Source of the DNA: Actinomycetota bacterium | Lineage (GTDB): Bacteria; Actinomycetota; Actinomycetes; S36-B12; GCA-2699445 | Direction of reading: 5' to 3' | Length of the DNA stretch: 64,000 bases | Assembly (NCBI GenBank): GCA_029978705.1 | Contig: JAPOIY010000013.1 | Coordinates: forward strand, 455-64,454 | Part shown: piece by piece, positions 1 to 8,888 of the stretch | How positions within the stretch are numbered: the stretch's first letter is position 1 | How the letters are laid out: each line of letters opens with the position of its first letter | The notes under the pieces: model-generated | The model's input: only the letters and a program-made list of their open reading frames with translations | Told to the model about the DNA's origin: nothing | The model's database searches: none | Made by a program: the position numbers and the translations under genes

Positions 1-1394
1 AGGCGAGCATCCTGCGCCAGGTCCCCTCGATCGGGGCGCTGCTGGTCGTGTTCGCCGCCGGCGTCCTGGGGCAACGGCTGGGGGCCCGCCGCGTGATGCT
101 GGTGTGCGCCGGCCTCTACACGCTGGGTTCGGTCGTGGTCGCCTGCGCGCCCTGGATCGAGGTGGTCACCCTGGGGCTGCTCATCGACTACGTGGGCAAG
201 TCGGCGCTGGTGGTCGTCGCGCTGGCCTACATGAGCGCCAGCATCGTGGACAAGAACTTCCGGGCGTCGGCGTTCGCCACGTACACGGCGGCCACGCCAG
301 TCGCATACCTCGTCATTCCGGTTCTCACCGGCCTGCTCGTGCAGTCAGTCGGTTGGCGCTGGGTGGCCGTCGTCTGGGCGATCAGCGGACTGCTGGCACT
401 TTCGGCCGTCTGGTTCCTGGTGCCCCGGACGTCGGCACCGGACAAGGGCTCCCGGGAAATGGTCACGCCTCTGCTGGCAGGCGCCGTTCTCGCGGCCGCG
501 GTACAGGTGCTCACGGAACTGACCTCTGGGGCCACGGCGGCCCGCCTGTGGTTGAGCCTGCTGGTCCTCGCCGTCGCGCTCGGGGCGCTCGTGATCGCCA
601 TGCGACGCATTCCCGAGCCCTCACTGTCCCTGCTGCCGTTGCGGGACCGGCAACTCGTGCTGCTCCTCGTCGTCCTCATGCTCACGGTCTTCACCAACCT
701 GTGGTTCTACACGACGATGGCGCTGCAGTACATCTTCGGGCTGGAGGAGCTCGACGTCGCGGTCGCGATGCTGCCGGCGCAGATTCTCAGCATCGTGGCG
801 GCGGGCTTCGCGGGGAAGGCGGTCGGACGTTTCGGGATCACCGCGTCCGGAACCGGCATGCTGCTGGCCGTGGCCGCCTGCCTGGTGGCCAGCGCGCAGG
901 TACAACTGACCACTCCGCTCTGGGTGGTGATCGCCATCGTGTCCGGGTATTCGGCGGCTGCCATCGGCGTCAGCATCGCAATGACCAACGCCATCATGGA
1001 CACAGCGACCCGTGACGAGCAGGGCCTCACCTCCTCCTATCGCAGCGCTGCGTCGAACATGGGCAGTGCCGTCGGTGTCGCGGTGATGACGGCAATCATC
1101 ATCACCGCGGTCAGCATCTCCGTGCAGGACCAGTCGGCCGCACAAGGGGTCTCCACGGAGACCGCGGAGCAGGCGACCGAGTCCGTCAAGCAGGGAGCAA
1201 CCGCAGGAGACCTCTCGGCGGAGTATGCGGTTCCGTTGCCGCAAGCAGATCAACTGGACGCCATCTCGCGGCAGGCCTTCATGGTCGGGTATCAGACTCA
1301 CGGGTGGGCGGGAGCAGTGGTGATCCTGTTGGGGACGTGCCTGTTCTACGGGGTCCGCCGACGTGCGGGCCGGAACTCGGTGGCCCCCACCTGA
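1..1394 (+). CDS. MFS transporter, 5'-truncated by window edge
   Basis: Frame 3 is open from base 3 (ASILRQVPSIGALLVVFAAGVLGQRLG...), so the gene starts upstream of the window. It has many hydrophobic helices and MFS-like loops. It is a clear paralog of the 18446-19984 MFS (shared ..RWV.VVW..GL.. block and C-terminal ..YAVPLP.. loop). Stop at 1392-1394. Confidence 0.85.
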   Translation, partial: ASILRQVPSIGALLVVFAAGVLGQRLGARRVMLVCAGLYTLGSVVVACAPWIEVVTLGLLIDYVGKSALVVVALAYMSASIVDKNFRASAFATYTAATPVAYLVIPVLTGLLVQSVGWRWVAVVWAISGLLALSAVWFLVPRTSAPDKGSREMVTPLLAGAVLAAAVQVLTELTSGATAARLWLSLLVLAVALGALVIAMRRIPEPSLSLLPLRDRQLVLLLVVLMLTVFTNLWFYTTMALQYIFGLEELDVAVAMLPAQILSIVAAGFAGKAVGRFGITASGTGMLLAVAACLVASAQVQLTTPLWVVIAIVSGYSAAAIGVSIAMTNAIMDTATRDEQGLTSSYRSAASNMGSAVGVAVMTAIIITAVSISVQDQSAAQGVSTETAEQATESVKQGATAGDLSAEYAVPLPQADQLDAISRQAFMVGYQTHGWAGAVVILLGTCLFYGVRRRAGRNSVAPT

Positions 1395-1398
1395 CCGC

Positions 1399-2244
1399 TC
1401 ACACCAGCACGGTGCCCGTCTGCTCGCCGGGGCTGCGCCCGGCGGCCACGAGTTCGGCGCCGACCAGCGTGCTGTCGCGGATCTCCTGCAGGTACGCGGC
1501 GTGGCCCCCGCGCACGCCGAAGAGCCGCCCCTTCCAGATGAGGTAGACGACGATCGCCACGTTCACGACCAGAAGACCGATCTTGAGCGGAGTCGGCCGC
1601 TGGGCGATCTCGTAGACCTCCAGCGGCACGAACACGCTCGTGGCCACGACCGCCAGGTACTCAGCCCAGCGCCAGCCACCCCACAGACCGAAAGCTTCGA
1701 CGAACTGCAGGACGGCGTAGGCGACGAGCCCCACGCCGAGCAGGGTGAACAACACGGGACTGGCCCCCAGGAACTCCTCGACGGTGGCGATCATGTGGGA
1801 GTTCCGGATGTCCCAGCCGATCTGCTGAGCCAGGGGGTACGCGGACGTGATGATCTCGTTCACGCGGGCCAGGACACTGTCCTGGTGCGCGCCGACGGCG
1901 AAGATCGCGCCAGCCGCGATGAGGAGCATGAGCGCGCGCAGCACGCGTTCGATGGCGACCACCCGCAGCAGGGCCAGCTTGCGTCCGTGGCTGCCGCGCA
2001 CGGCCAGCGGGATGTCGGCCAGGGCAACCGGTTCCTGCTCCGTTCCGATCACCGCCGCCACAGCGGGGTCGGAGGTGGCCGTGAAGCTCCCGCACCGCAG
2101 GCAGCGCAGCAGTGGGGGCGGCTGTCCGGTGCGCTGCATCTCGCCGGCCAGTGGATCCGCGAGCCAGGCGAGTTGGTGCCCCTTGCGCCCGCAGCGGCGC
2201 AGCACCCACAGCGCGTCGCGGCGAGGCAGGGGACTCGGCGTCAT
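1399..2244 (-). CDS. DUF2127-like integral membrane protein with N-terminal Cys-containing extension
   Basis: Lies in ORF 1399-2304; start trimmed to ATG 2244 (MTPSPLPRRDALW...). The C-terminal multi-TM core (..FVEAFGLWGGWRWAEYLAVVATSVFVPLEVYEI..) matches my recollection of DUF2127. The N-terminus carries LRCLRCGSF. It is on the same strand as arsR and about 75 nt downstream of it. Confidence 0.65.
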   Translation of the reverse strand: MTPSPLPRRDALWVLRRCGRKGHQLAWLADPLAGEMQRTGQPPPLLRCLRCGSFTATSDPAVAAVIGTEQEPVALADIPLAVRGSHGRKLALLRVVAIERVLRALMLLIAAGAIFAVGAHQDSVLARVNEIITSAYPLAQQIGWDIRNSHMIATVEEFLGASPVLFTLLGVGLVAYAVLQFVEAFGLWGGWRWAEYLAVVATSVFVPLEVYEIAQRPTPLKIGLLVVNVAIVVYLIWKGRLFGVRGGHAAYLQEIRDSTLVGAELVAAGRSPGEQTGTVLV

Positions 2245-2319
2245 AGGGGTCGTCGCAGGCTCCACCCGGTCACGGTCCCATCCGCCCGGGCCATGCGCCA
2301 GCACCCGGGAGCGGTCTCG

Positions 2320-2658
2320 TCAGCGGAAGACGTGGCCGAGGTCGCGCAGCCTCTCCTCGTCGGCCCGGAACCAGGCCCATTGACCGCGCTGTTCCCGGTG
2401 CACCAGCCCCGCGGCGGTCAGCACCTTCAGGTGGTGGCTGACCGTGGGCTGGGAGAGCCCCACCGGGCCCGTGAGGTCACAGGTGCAGGCCTCCCCGGCT
2501 GCCCGGATCAGACCCAGGAGTTGCAGGCGGGCCGGATCCGCCACGGCCTTCAGGACCGACGCCAACTGTTGCGCCGCCTCATGGTCGAGCGGGGACTCGA
2601 GGCCGCGCGGACAGCAGGCGGAGATGTCGATGAGTGGCGGGGTCGGCCGACGGGTCAC
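2320..2658 (-). CDS. arsR: ArsR/SmtB family metalloregulator
   Basis: HTH signature LSQPTVSHHLKVLTAAGLV and CxC metalloid site (GEACTCDL). Start set to GTG 2658 because GGAAGGAG lies 5 nt upstream. The ORF-track start at 2697 would overlap the operator-like inverted repeat. Confidence 0.9.
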   Translation of the reverse strand: MTRRPTPPLIDISACCPRGLESPLDHEAAQQLASVLKAVADPARLQLLGLIRAAGEACTCDLTGPVGLSQPTVSHHLKVLTAAGLVHREQRGQWAWFRADEERLRDLGHVFR

Positions 2659-2681
2659 GCGGACTCCTTCCGGCAACGGTG

Positions 2682-2699
2682 TATTGACTGCTGTCAATA
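2682..2699. promoter_or_regulatory. Putative ArsR operator 1 (perfect inverted repeat)
   Basis: TATTGAC-TGCT-GTCAATA lies in the 87-bp divergent region between arsR and the cadI/arsI-acr3-arsC operon. The geometry is typical of ArsR/SmtB operators. Confidence 0.55.
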
Positions 2700-2714
2700 T
2701 ACCGCCTACTGTCG

Positions 2715-2734
2715 GTATCGACCGTCATCGATAC
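2715..2734. promoter_or_regulatory. Putative ArsR operator 2 (perfect inverted repeat)
   Basis: GTATCGA-CCGTCA-TCGATAC is immediately followed by the AAGGAG Shine-Dalgarno (2735-2740) of the + strand ars operon. Confidence 0.5.
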
Positions 2735-2745
2735 AAGGAGTTGTG

Positions 2746-3219
2746 ATGGCACGCGTGCAACTGGCTCTCAATGTGGCTGACCTCGACAGTTCCGTGGCCT
2801 TCTACACCCAGATGTTCGGGACGGCCCCCCACAAGGTGCGCCCCGGCTATGCGAACTTCGAGGTCGCCGACCCGCCGTTGAAACTGGTCCTGATCGAGGT
2901 CCCCGCCGAGCAGCGGGGGGCCGGGACGACCGCAGCCCTCAACCACCTGGGGGTGGAGGTGGAGGACACGGCAGCGGTGCAGCGTGCGGTGACCGGCTTC
3001 ACCGAGGCGGGACTGGACCACACGCTCGACTTCGACACCAACTGCTGTTACGCCCAGCAGGACAAGGTGTGGGTGCAGGACCCCGCCGGGACGCCGTGGG
3101 AGGTCTACACGATCACCGATGACGCCCCGGTCGAGGCGGCCGCGCCCGGATCCTCCTGCTGCACCCCGGTCTCGGAGGTCCTCACCATCGACCGCACCTC
3201 CGCCGTCGAGGCCCGATGA
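2746..3219 (+). CDS. CadI/ArsI-family VOC (glyoxalase-fold) protein
   Basis: ATG 2746 is preceded by AAGGAG. The N-terminus is VOC-like (MARVQLALNVADLDSSVAFYTQMFG). It has a vicinal Cys pair in FDTNCCYAQQDKVWVQDP, as in CadI/ArsI proteins, and a second CC pair near the C-terminus (GSSCCTPV). It is the first gene of the ars operon. Confidence 0.8.
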   Translation: MARVQLALNVADLDSSVAFYTQMFGTAPHKVRPGYANFEVADPPLKLVLIEVPAEQRGAGTTAALNHLGVEVEDTAAVQRAVTGFTEAGLDHTLDFDTNCCYAQQDKVWVQDPAGTPWEVYTITDDAPVEAAAPGSSCCTPVSEVLTIDRTSAVEAR

Positions 3220-3244
3220 GCAGCCTCACCGACCGGATGCCGAG

Positions 3245-4345
3245 GTGAGCGCTCCGACCACCAGCGACCCCCTGGAGTCGGCCGTCCTGCAGCGGATGAG
3301 CCTGCTGGACCGGTGGTTGCCACTGTGGATCGCGGCGGCGATGGTCCTGGGGTTACTCCTCGGACGGTGGGCTCCCGGTGTGCAGGAGATCCTGGGTTTC
3401 GGGAACATCGATGGCACGTCGCTGCCGATCGCGGTCGGGCTGCTGGCCATGATGTACCCCGTCCTCGCCAAGGTGCGCTACGACGAACTCGGACACGTGA
3501 CGGGGGACAAGCGGCTCCTGGTCCTCTCCCTCGTGCTGAACTGGTTCATCGGGCCGGCCCTCATGTTCGTGCTCGCTTGGACGTTCCTGCCCGACCAGCC
3601 GGAGTTCCGCACCGGGCTGATCGTGGTGGGACTGGCCCGCTGCATCGCCATGGTCCTCATCTGGAACGACCTCGCCTGTGGTGACCGAGAGGCCGCAGCC
3701 CTGCTGGTCGCCATCAACTCCGTCTTCCAGATCCTCGCCTATGCCGCGCTCGGGGTCTTCTACCTGCAGGTGCTCCCCGGCTGGCTGGGCTGGCAGACCG
3801 CCGACGCCCAGTTCTCGAGCTGGGCGATCACCAAGTCGGTCCTGATCTTCCTGGGGCTGCCGCTGGTGGCGGGGTACCTGACCCGGCGGATCGGCGTCGC
3901 CCGCAAGGGACAGGAGTGGTACGACGGCACCTTCATTCCCCGCATCGGCCCGATCGCCCTGTACGGGCTGCTCTTCACGATCGTGGTGATGTTCGCCCTC
4001 CAGGGGCAGCGCATCACCTCCGATCCGGCGAGTGTGGTGCAGATCGCGATCCCCCTCCTCTGTTACTTCGCCATCATGTGGTTCACCGCCTTCTTCGCGG
4101 CCCGCGCCGTCGGCCTCGGCTACCCCAAGACCGCGACCATGGCGTTCACGGCCGCCGGCAACAACTTCGAGCTGGCCATCGCGGTGTGTATCGGCGTCTG
4201 GGGGGTGACCAGCGGCCAGGCACTCGCGGGCACCGTGGGTCCGCTCATCGAAGTACCCGCCCTTGTCGCGCTCGTCTATGTGTCGCTGTGGTTGCGCCGA
4301 CGTGTGTTCCCCACCCCGGTACCGACAACGTCAGGAGCGGCATGA
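3245..4345 (+). CDS. acr3: Arsenite efflux permease, ACR3 family
   Basis: ACR3 hallmarks: MSLLDRWLPLWIAAAMVLG, MMYPVLAKVRYDEL, GLARCIAMVLIWNDLACGD. Start chosen at GTG 3245, about 17 residues before the conserved (S)LLDR block; ATG 3296 is the alternative. Confidence 0.92.
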   Translation: MSAPTTSDPLESAVLQRMSLLDRWLPLWIAAAMVLGLLLGRWAPGVQEILGFGNIDGTSLPIAVGLLAMMYPVLAKVRYDELGHVTGDKRLLVLSLVLNWFIGPALMFVLAWTFLPDQPEFRTGLIVVGLARCIAMVLIWNDLACGDREAAALLVAINSVFQILAYAALGVFYLQVLPGWLGWQTADAQFSSWAITKSVLIFLGLPLVAGYLTRRIGVARKGQEWYDGTFIPRIGPIALYGLLFTIVVMFALQGQRITSDPASVVQIAIPLLCYFAIMWFTAFFAARAVGLGYPKTATMAFTAAGNNFELAIAVCIGVWGVTSGQALAGTVGPLIEVPALVALVYVSLWLRRRVFPTPVPTTSGAA

Positions 4346-4743
4346 GCGAGAAGCCCAGTGTCCTGTTCGTGTGTGTCCACAACGCCGGCCGCTCGCAGAT
4401 GGCCGCCGCCTATCTGAGCGAACTCGGCGGCGGACGGATCGAGGTGCGATCCGCCGGCTCCGCGCCGGGGGACCAGGTCAACCCCGTCGCCGTGGCGGCC
4501 ATGGCGGAGGAGGGGATCGACATGAGTGCAGCCATTCCCAAGATCCTCACCCCCGACGCGGTGGAAGCCAGTGACGTCGTCATCACGATGGGCTGCGGTG
4601 ACGTCTGCCCGGTGTTCCCGGGAACCCGTTATGAGGACTGGGTCCTCGATGACCCCGCGGGGCAGGGGATCGACGCCGTGCGCCCTATCCGCGACGAGAT
4701 CCGTGCCCGCGTCGCGGCCCTTATCGCCGATCTCGTCGGCTGA
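4342..4743 (+). CDS. arsC: Arsenate reductase, LMW-PTPase type
   Basis: MSEKPSVLFVCVHNAGRSQMAAAYL contains the CX5R(S) P-loop. There is a 4-nt ATGA start/stop overlap with acr3. The redox partner (thioredoxin versus mycothiol/mycoredoxin) cannot be decided by eye. Confidence 0.9.
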   Translation: MSEKPSVLFVCVHNAGRSQMAAAYLSELGGGRIEVRSAGSAPGDQVNPVAVAAMAEEGIDMSAAIPKILTPDAVEASDVVITMGCGDVCPVFPGTRYEDWVLDDPAGQGIDAVRPIRDEIRARVAALIADLVG

Positions 4744-4854
4744 CGATCCGGTAGCGGGATTGTCAGGATCGGGTGGGTGGCCGGTTCGTGACGTTTGCGA
4801 CTGCCGTTCCGGTGGCAGGCTGACAGGGCCCGAGTTTTCGTCGAGAGGAACCGC

Positions 4855-5457
4855 ATGTCTGTCCGCCGCGCCCTAGCCGTTTCCGGTGTCGTCCTCTTGG
4901 TGGGAACGGGCGCGGCTGCGTGCAGTTCCAGCAGCACCACCGCTCCGAGCCCGGCCGCGTCGGTCTCGGCTGCGCCGGGGTCGGCGGCGGACGTCGCGTT
5001 CGCGCAGGCGATGATCCCGCACCATGAGCAGGCTGTGGAGATGGCGAACCTCGCTCTCGACCCGAAAGCCAAGGCGTCGCCCGAGGTGAAGGCGTTCGCC
5101 GAGCAGATCAAGGTCGCCCAGGCTCCTGAGATCGAGCTGATGACGGAGTGGCTGAGCGGCTGGGGAGCTCCTACGGCGATGCCGGGGATGGATCACAGCG
5201 GGCACGACATGGGAGGTATGGCGATGACGGGCATGATGTCGTCCGCCGACATGAAGGACCTGGAGCAATCCTCGGGCAAGTCCTTCGACAAGAAGTGGCT
5301 GACCATGATGATCGCCCACCACGAAGGGGCCATCCAGATGGCGCAGGAAGTGAAGGCGATGAGCGACAACCCCCAGGTCGAGACTCTCGCCGACCAGATC
5401 ATCGTGGCGCAGAAGACCGAGATCGACGAGATGAATCAGGCGCTCGCCGCTGTCTGA
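4855..5457 (+). CDS. DUF305 family lipoprotein (metal-stress associated)
   Basis: Signal peptide plus lipobox (LLVGTGAAAC). Duplicated DUF305 motifs (FAQAMIPHHEQAVEMA and WLTMMIAHHEGAIQMA). His/Met-rich loop (PGMDHSGHDMGGMAMTGMM). GAGAGGA Shine-Dalgarno before ATG 4855. Confidence 0.85.
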   Translation: MSVRRALAVSGVVLLVGTGAAACSSSSTTAPSPAASVSAAPGSAADVAFAQAMIPHHEQAVEMANLALDPKAKASPEVKAFAEQIKVAQAPEIELMTEWLSGWGAPTAMPGMDHSGHDMGGMAMTGMMSSADMKDLEQSSGKSFDKKWLTMMIAHHEGAIQMAQEVKAMSDNPQVETLADQIIVAQKTEIDEMNQALAAV

Positions 5458-5557
5458 GGCCGCCGGTTGGCAGTGTGGGGATCCCAGTCCGGGATGACAG
5501 ACTGGCTCCGGTTCCACAAGGTGCATGGGCAGCGGCCCACCGCTCAGGAGGTCAGGA

Positions 5558-5860
5558 ATGGCGCAGACGAACCCGGGACCGGGTGACGCGGAGTCGACCG
5601 ATGCGGAACTGGAAGGCCTCGACCTCAACGACGAGTGGGTCAACGAAGCCAAACGGCACGAACGGACCGCCGACGACCGCGCCGACCACTACGCCCGCAT
5701 CAACCAGGGTCACCGCACAGCCCAGCCGCCCCGCTCGTGGAGCCCCTCCGGGGGCGCCGAGTCCCGCTCGGCTGGGCAGGCCTGGGTGAAGGTCACCGCG
5801 ATCGTGCTGATTGCCATCGCTGCGTTGGCGGTCCTGACCCTCCTGCGGGCGTTGGGCTGA
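5558..5860 (+). CDS. Hypothetical tail-anchored membrane protein
   Basis: AGGAGG lies 6 nt upstream of ATG 5558. The acidic N-terminus is followed by a single C-terminal TM helix (VKVTAIVLIAIAALAVLTLL). No family recognised. Confidence 0.6.
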   Translation: MAQTNPGPGDAESTDAELEGLDLNDEWVNEAKRHERTADDRADHYARINQGHRTAQPPRSWSPSGGAESRSAGQAWVKVTAIVLIAIAALAVLTLLRALG

Positions 5861-5895
5861 CCCGCCCGGGCCCCCCTGAGGCGCTTCCGCCACAA

Positions 5896-5970
5896 AGGCG
5901 ACCGCTTGTGTCACGTGCGACTGTTGAAACAGTCGCCTCTGGCCGAAAGAGTCGCATGCGACCGTTTCGG
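5896..5970. repeat. Palindromic intergenic repeat, copy A (GTCGCATGCGAC-core family)
   Basis: Three parts: CCGAAAGAGTCGCATGCGACCGTTTCGG (5943-5970), an everted hairpin GCGACTGTT-GA-AACAGTCGC (5917-5936), and an AGGCGAC/GTCGCCT outer pair (5896-5902 with 5932-5938). Related copies are at 15558-15645 and 16960-16985. Confidence 0.85.
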
Positions 5971-6042
5971 GGAGCCCCCCCGTCCGGCGGTCGGGGGGCA
6001 CCGGCACTAACGTGGGCAGCCGGGGAGACGGAAGGAACGCCA

Positions 6043-6603
<561 letters not shown>

Positions 6604-6606
6604 CCG

Positions 6607-7140
6607 TCAGGCGGCGGCGTCCCCGGAGCCGACCACACCGTGGGGCGGCAGTTGCGGTAGCTGGCCCAGGCCCCGGCGGTAGACGAGCAGCAGGACGATG
6701 CCGCCCACGGACTGCAGGATGTCGCCGGGAATGGCCCACGTGTTGGCAGGCGCGGCATTGCCGTCGCCGTAGTACTGCATGACGTGCCCGATCGCGTCGC
6801 CACCGAAGGAGATGGCGATGGCGAGCACGGTGGCTGTCAGCCACCGGTCGCGGAACCAGTAACACCCGATCGCCAGGACGCTGAGGGTGAGATCTCCGAA
6901 GCCCACCTCCCACTGGAACATGCTCGGGGCATAGCCGATCTCCGCGGCGGTCTGCTGTGACAGCGGACCCAGGTGGCTGAAGACGCCGAGCAGTCCCCAG
7001 ACCCCGAGCCACACCACCCACCACAGGAGGGCGAGTTCCACGATGCGTGGGCCCGTCCGGCGGGTGGGGTGCCGGTCGGCCAGGATGTTGATGGCCAGGC
7101 CGATGATCAGGACCGCATACGGAGCCACGAAGAACGGCAC
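6607..7140 (-). CDS. Hypothetical integral membrane protein
   Basis: ORF 6607-7377 trimmed to GTG 7140, which has GGGGAGGA 4 nt upstream. There are about 5 hydrophobic helices (VPFFVAPYAVLIIGLAINIL..., LALLWWVVWLGVWGLLGVF...). Confidence 0.6.
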   Translation of the reverse strand: MPFFVAPYAVLIIGLAINILADRHPTRRTGPRIVELALLWWVVWLGVWGLLGVFSHLGPLSQQTAAEIGYAPSMFQWEVGFGDLTLSVLAIGCYWFRDRWLTATVLAIAISFGGDAIGHVMQYYGDGNAAPANTWAIPGDILQSVGGIVLLLVYRRGLGQLPQLPPHGVVGSGDAAA

Positions 7141-7292
7141 GGATTCCTCCCCAGGGTGACGTTGCCCCGAGGCTAGAGGCGCCGGGGCAGCGAGTAGGCG
7201 AGGCGCGCGGCCGAGGTTTGCGTGGTGGCCCCGCGGGGAAGACCGCGGCAGGGCTTGTTGTACTGCTCGTCTCGACCAGGACAGGGGATGCG

Positions 7293-8867
7293 ATGGATCA
7301 TCGGGTGCTCCGCTGGGGATCCGCCGCTGCGGCTGCGAGTGTGGCGGTCGCCGTGGTCGCGGCCACCGCGAGTGCACCAGCGTCCGCTGTCGAAGCGCCC
7401 GGTCACCCTTCCGAGCAAGCGCTGACTCTGCCGCCGGTGGATGCCGGCGATTCCACCCGATACCTGGTCTCCCTGGAGCCGGGTACGCCCGCCCGCGCGG
7501 TCGTTTCCCCCGACCACATCCTCGGCACCGTCGCCGGACCCGCGTACCGGGGCGTCCTGGCCGACCTCAGCCCGGCCCGCGCCCGCGATCTGCGCCGTGA
7601 GGACGGCGTCGCCGCCGTGGAACCGGACCGGCCGATCACCCTGTCCTCGACCGCCGCGGCGACACCGTGGGGCCTTGACCGCGTCGACCAGGCGGACCTC
7701 CCGTTGGATGGGCGGTACACCCCGGCCAACGACGGCTCTGGCGTCCATGTGTTCGTCATCGACAGCGGGATCGACACCGGCAACCCGGACTTCAGCGGTC
7801 GGATCGGTGACGGGGCTTACGATTCCTCCGTCGCTACGAGCGTGGAGGACGAGAACGGTCACGGGACCCACGTGGCGGGCACCATCGGCTCCGACCACTT
7901 CGGCGTCGCGAAGGGCGTGACGCTGCATCCGGTCCGCGTACTGGACGGGTCCGGCAGCGGCTACACCAGCGGCGTGGTGGCCGGCCTGAACTGGGTGGGC
8001 GCGCACGCCCCGGCCGGTTCGGTGGTCAACCTGAGCCTCGGCGGCACCTACTCGCCCGCAGTCAACTCGGCGGCCGCGTCACTCGTCGCTGCTGGCCATG
8101 TGGTGACCGTCGCGGCCGGCAACGACGGGCGCGACGCATGTCTGTCGTCCCCCGCCAGCGAACCCAGTGTCCTGACGGTGGGCGCCACCGACCGCAGCGA
8201 CCGGCAGACGTCGTACTCCAACAACGGTTCGTGCGTCGACCTCTATGCCCCGGGGGACGGCATCCTCTCGACGAGCCTGTCCGGGTCCGGTGGGCAGGTC
8301 ATGAGCGGTACGTCGATGGCTGCCCCGCACGTCGCCGGAGCAGCCGCCGTCTACCTCGCGGGACACCCTGGGGTGTCGGGCGCGCAGGCCGGGCAGGCGA
8401 TCAGGGGTGACGCGACCTTCGGGGTCGTGTCCTTCCCCAACGGACAGGGGGCATCCCCCAACCGGCTGCTGCGGGTCATGACCACGGCCGCGCAGCCGGC
8501 GTCTGCCCCGGAGGCCGCCACTCCGACCGCGGGCAACCCGGCCACGGCGCCGTCCGCCGACTCCACCCCGCACGCCGCTCCCGATCCGACTACTTCCACT
8601 CCCGCTGCGCTCGCCGCCCCGCATGTGACGTCGGCGAAGGCGACCGGTCGCGGCAAGTGGCGGACGGTACGCGCATCCTGGTCACCGGTTCCGGGCGCCG
8701 ATCACTACGTCGTGCGCGTGGGTTCCCCTGGACGCAGTGGCCTGACCGTTCGTACCAGCCGTACACATGTGGCCAAGAAGGTGAAGCGGGTGGCTCCCCT
8801 CCGGATGCGTATCACCGCTCAGGCGGGATCCGTGTCGTCACCAGTAACGACTGTCCGGATCGGCTGA
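7293..8867 (+). CDS. Secreted S8 (subtilisin/proteinase K-like) serine peptidase with C-terminal FN3-like basic domain
   Basis: Signal peptide. Catalytic triad motifs VFVIDSGID, HGTHVAG and GTSMAAPHVAG. I9-like propeptide region. C-terminal WSPVPGADHYVVRV module. Confidence 0.92.
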   Translation: MDHRVLRWGSAAAAASVAVAVVAATASAPASAVEAPGHPSEQALTLPPVDAGDSTRYLVSLEPGTPARAVVSPDHILGTVAGPAYRGVLADLSPARARDLRREDGVAAVEPDRPITLSSTAAATPWGLDRVDQADLPLDGRYTPANDGSGVHVFVIDSGIDTGNPDFSGRIGDGAYDSSVATSVEDENGHGTHVAGTIGSDHFGVAKGVTLHPVRVLDGSGSGYTSGVVAGLNWVGAHAPAGSVVNLSLGGTYSPAVNSAAASLVAAGHVVTVAAGNDGRDACLSSPASEPSVLTVGATDRSDRQTSYSNNGSCVDLYAPGDGILSTSLSGSGGQVMSGTSMAAPHVAGAAAVYLAGHPGVSGAQAGQAIRGDATFGVVSFPNGQGASPNRLLRVMTTAAQPASAPEAATPTAGNPATAPSADSTPHAAPDPTTSTPAALAAPHVTSAKATGRGKWRTVRASWSPVPGADHYVVRVGSPGRSGLTVRTSRTHVAKKVKRVAPLRMRITAQAGSVSSPVTTVRIG

Positions 8868-8888
8868 GTGTCCGCAGGTGACTCCGCG

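Noticed and set aside
1363-2745. Long N-terminal extension of the CadI/ArsI ORF (618-aa ORF 1363-3219)
   Set aside because: The upstream 460 codons run antisense through DUF2127 and arsR and across the operator region. A good AAGGAG ribosome-binding site precedes the internal ATG 2746, where the VOC domain begins.
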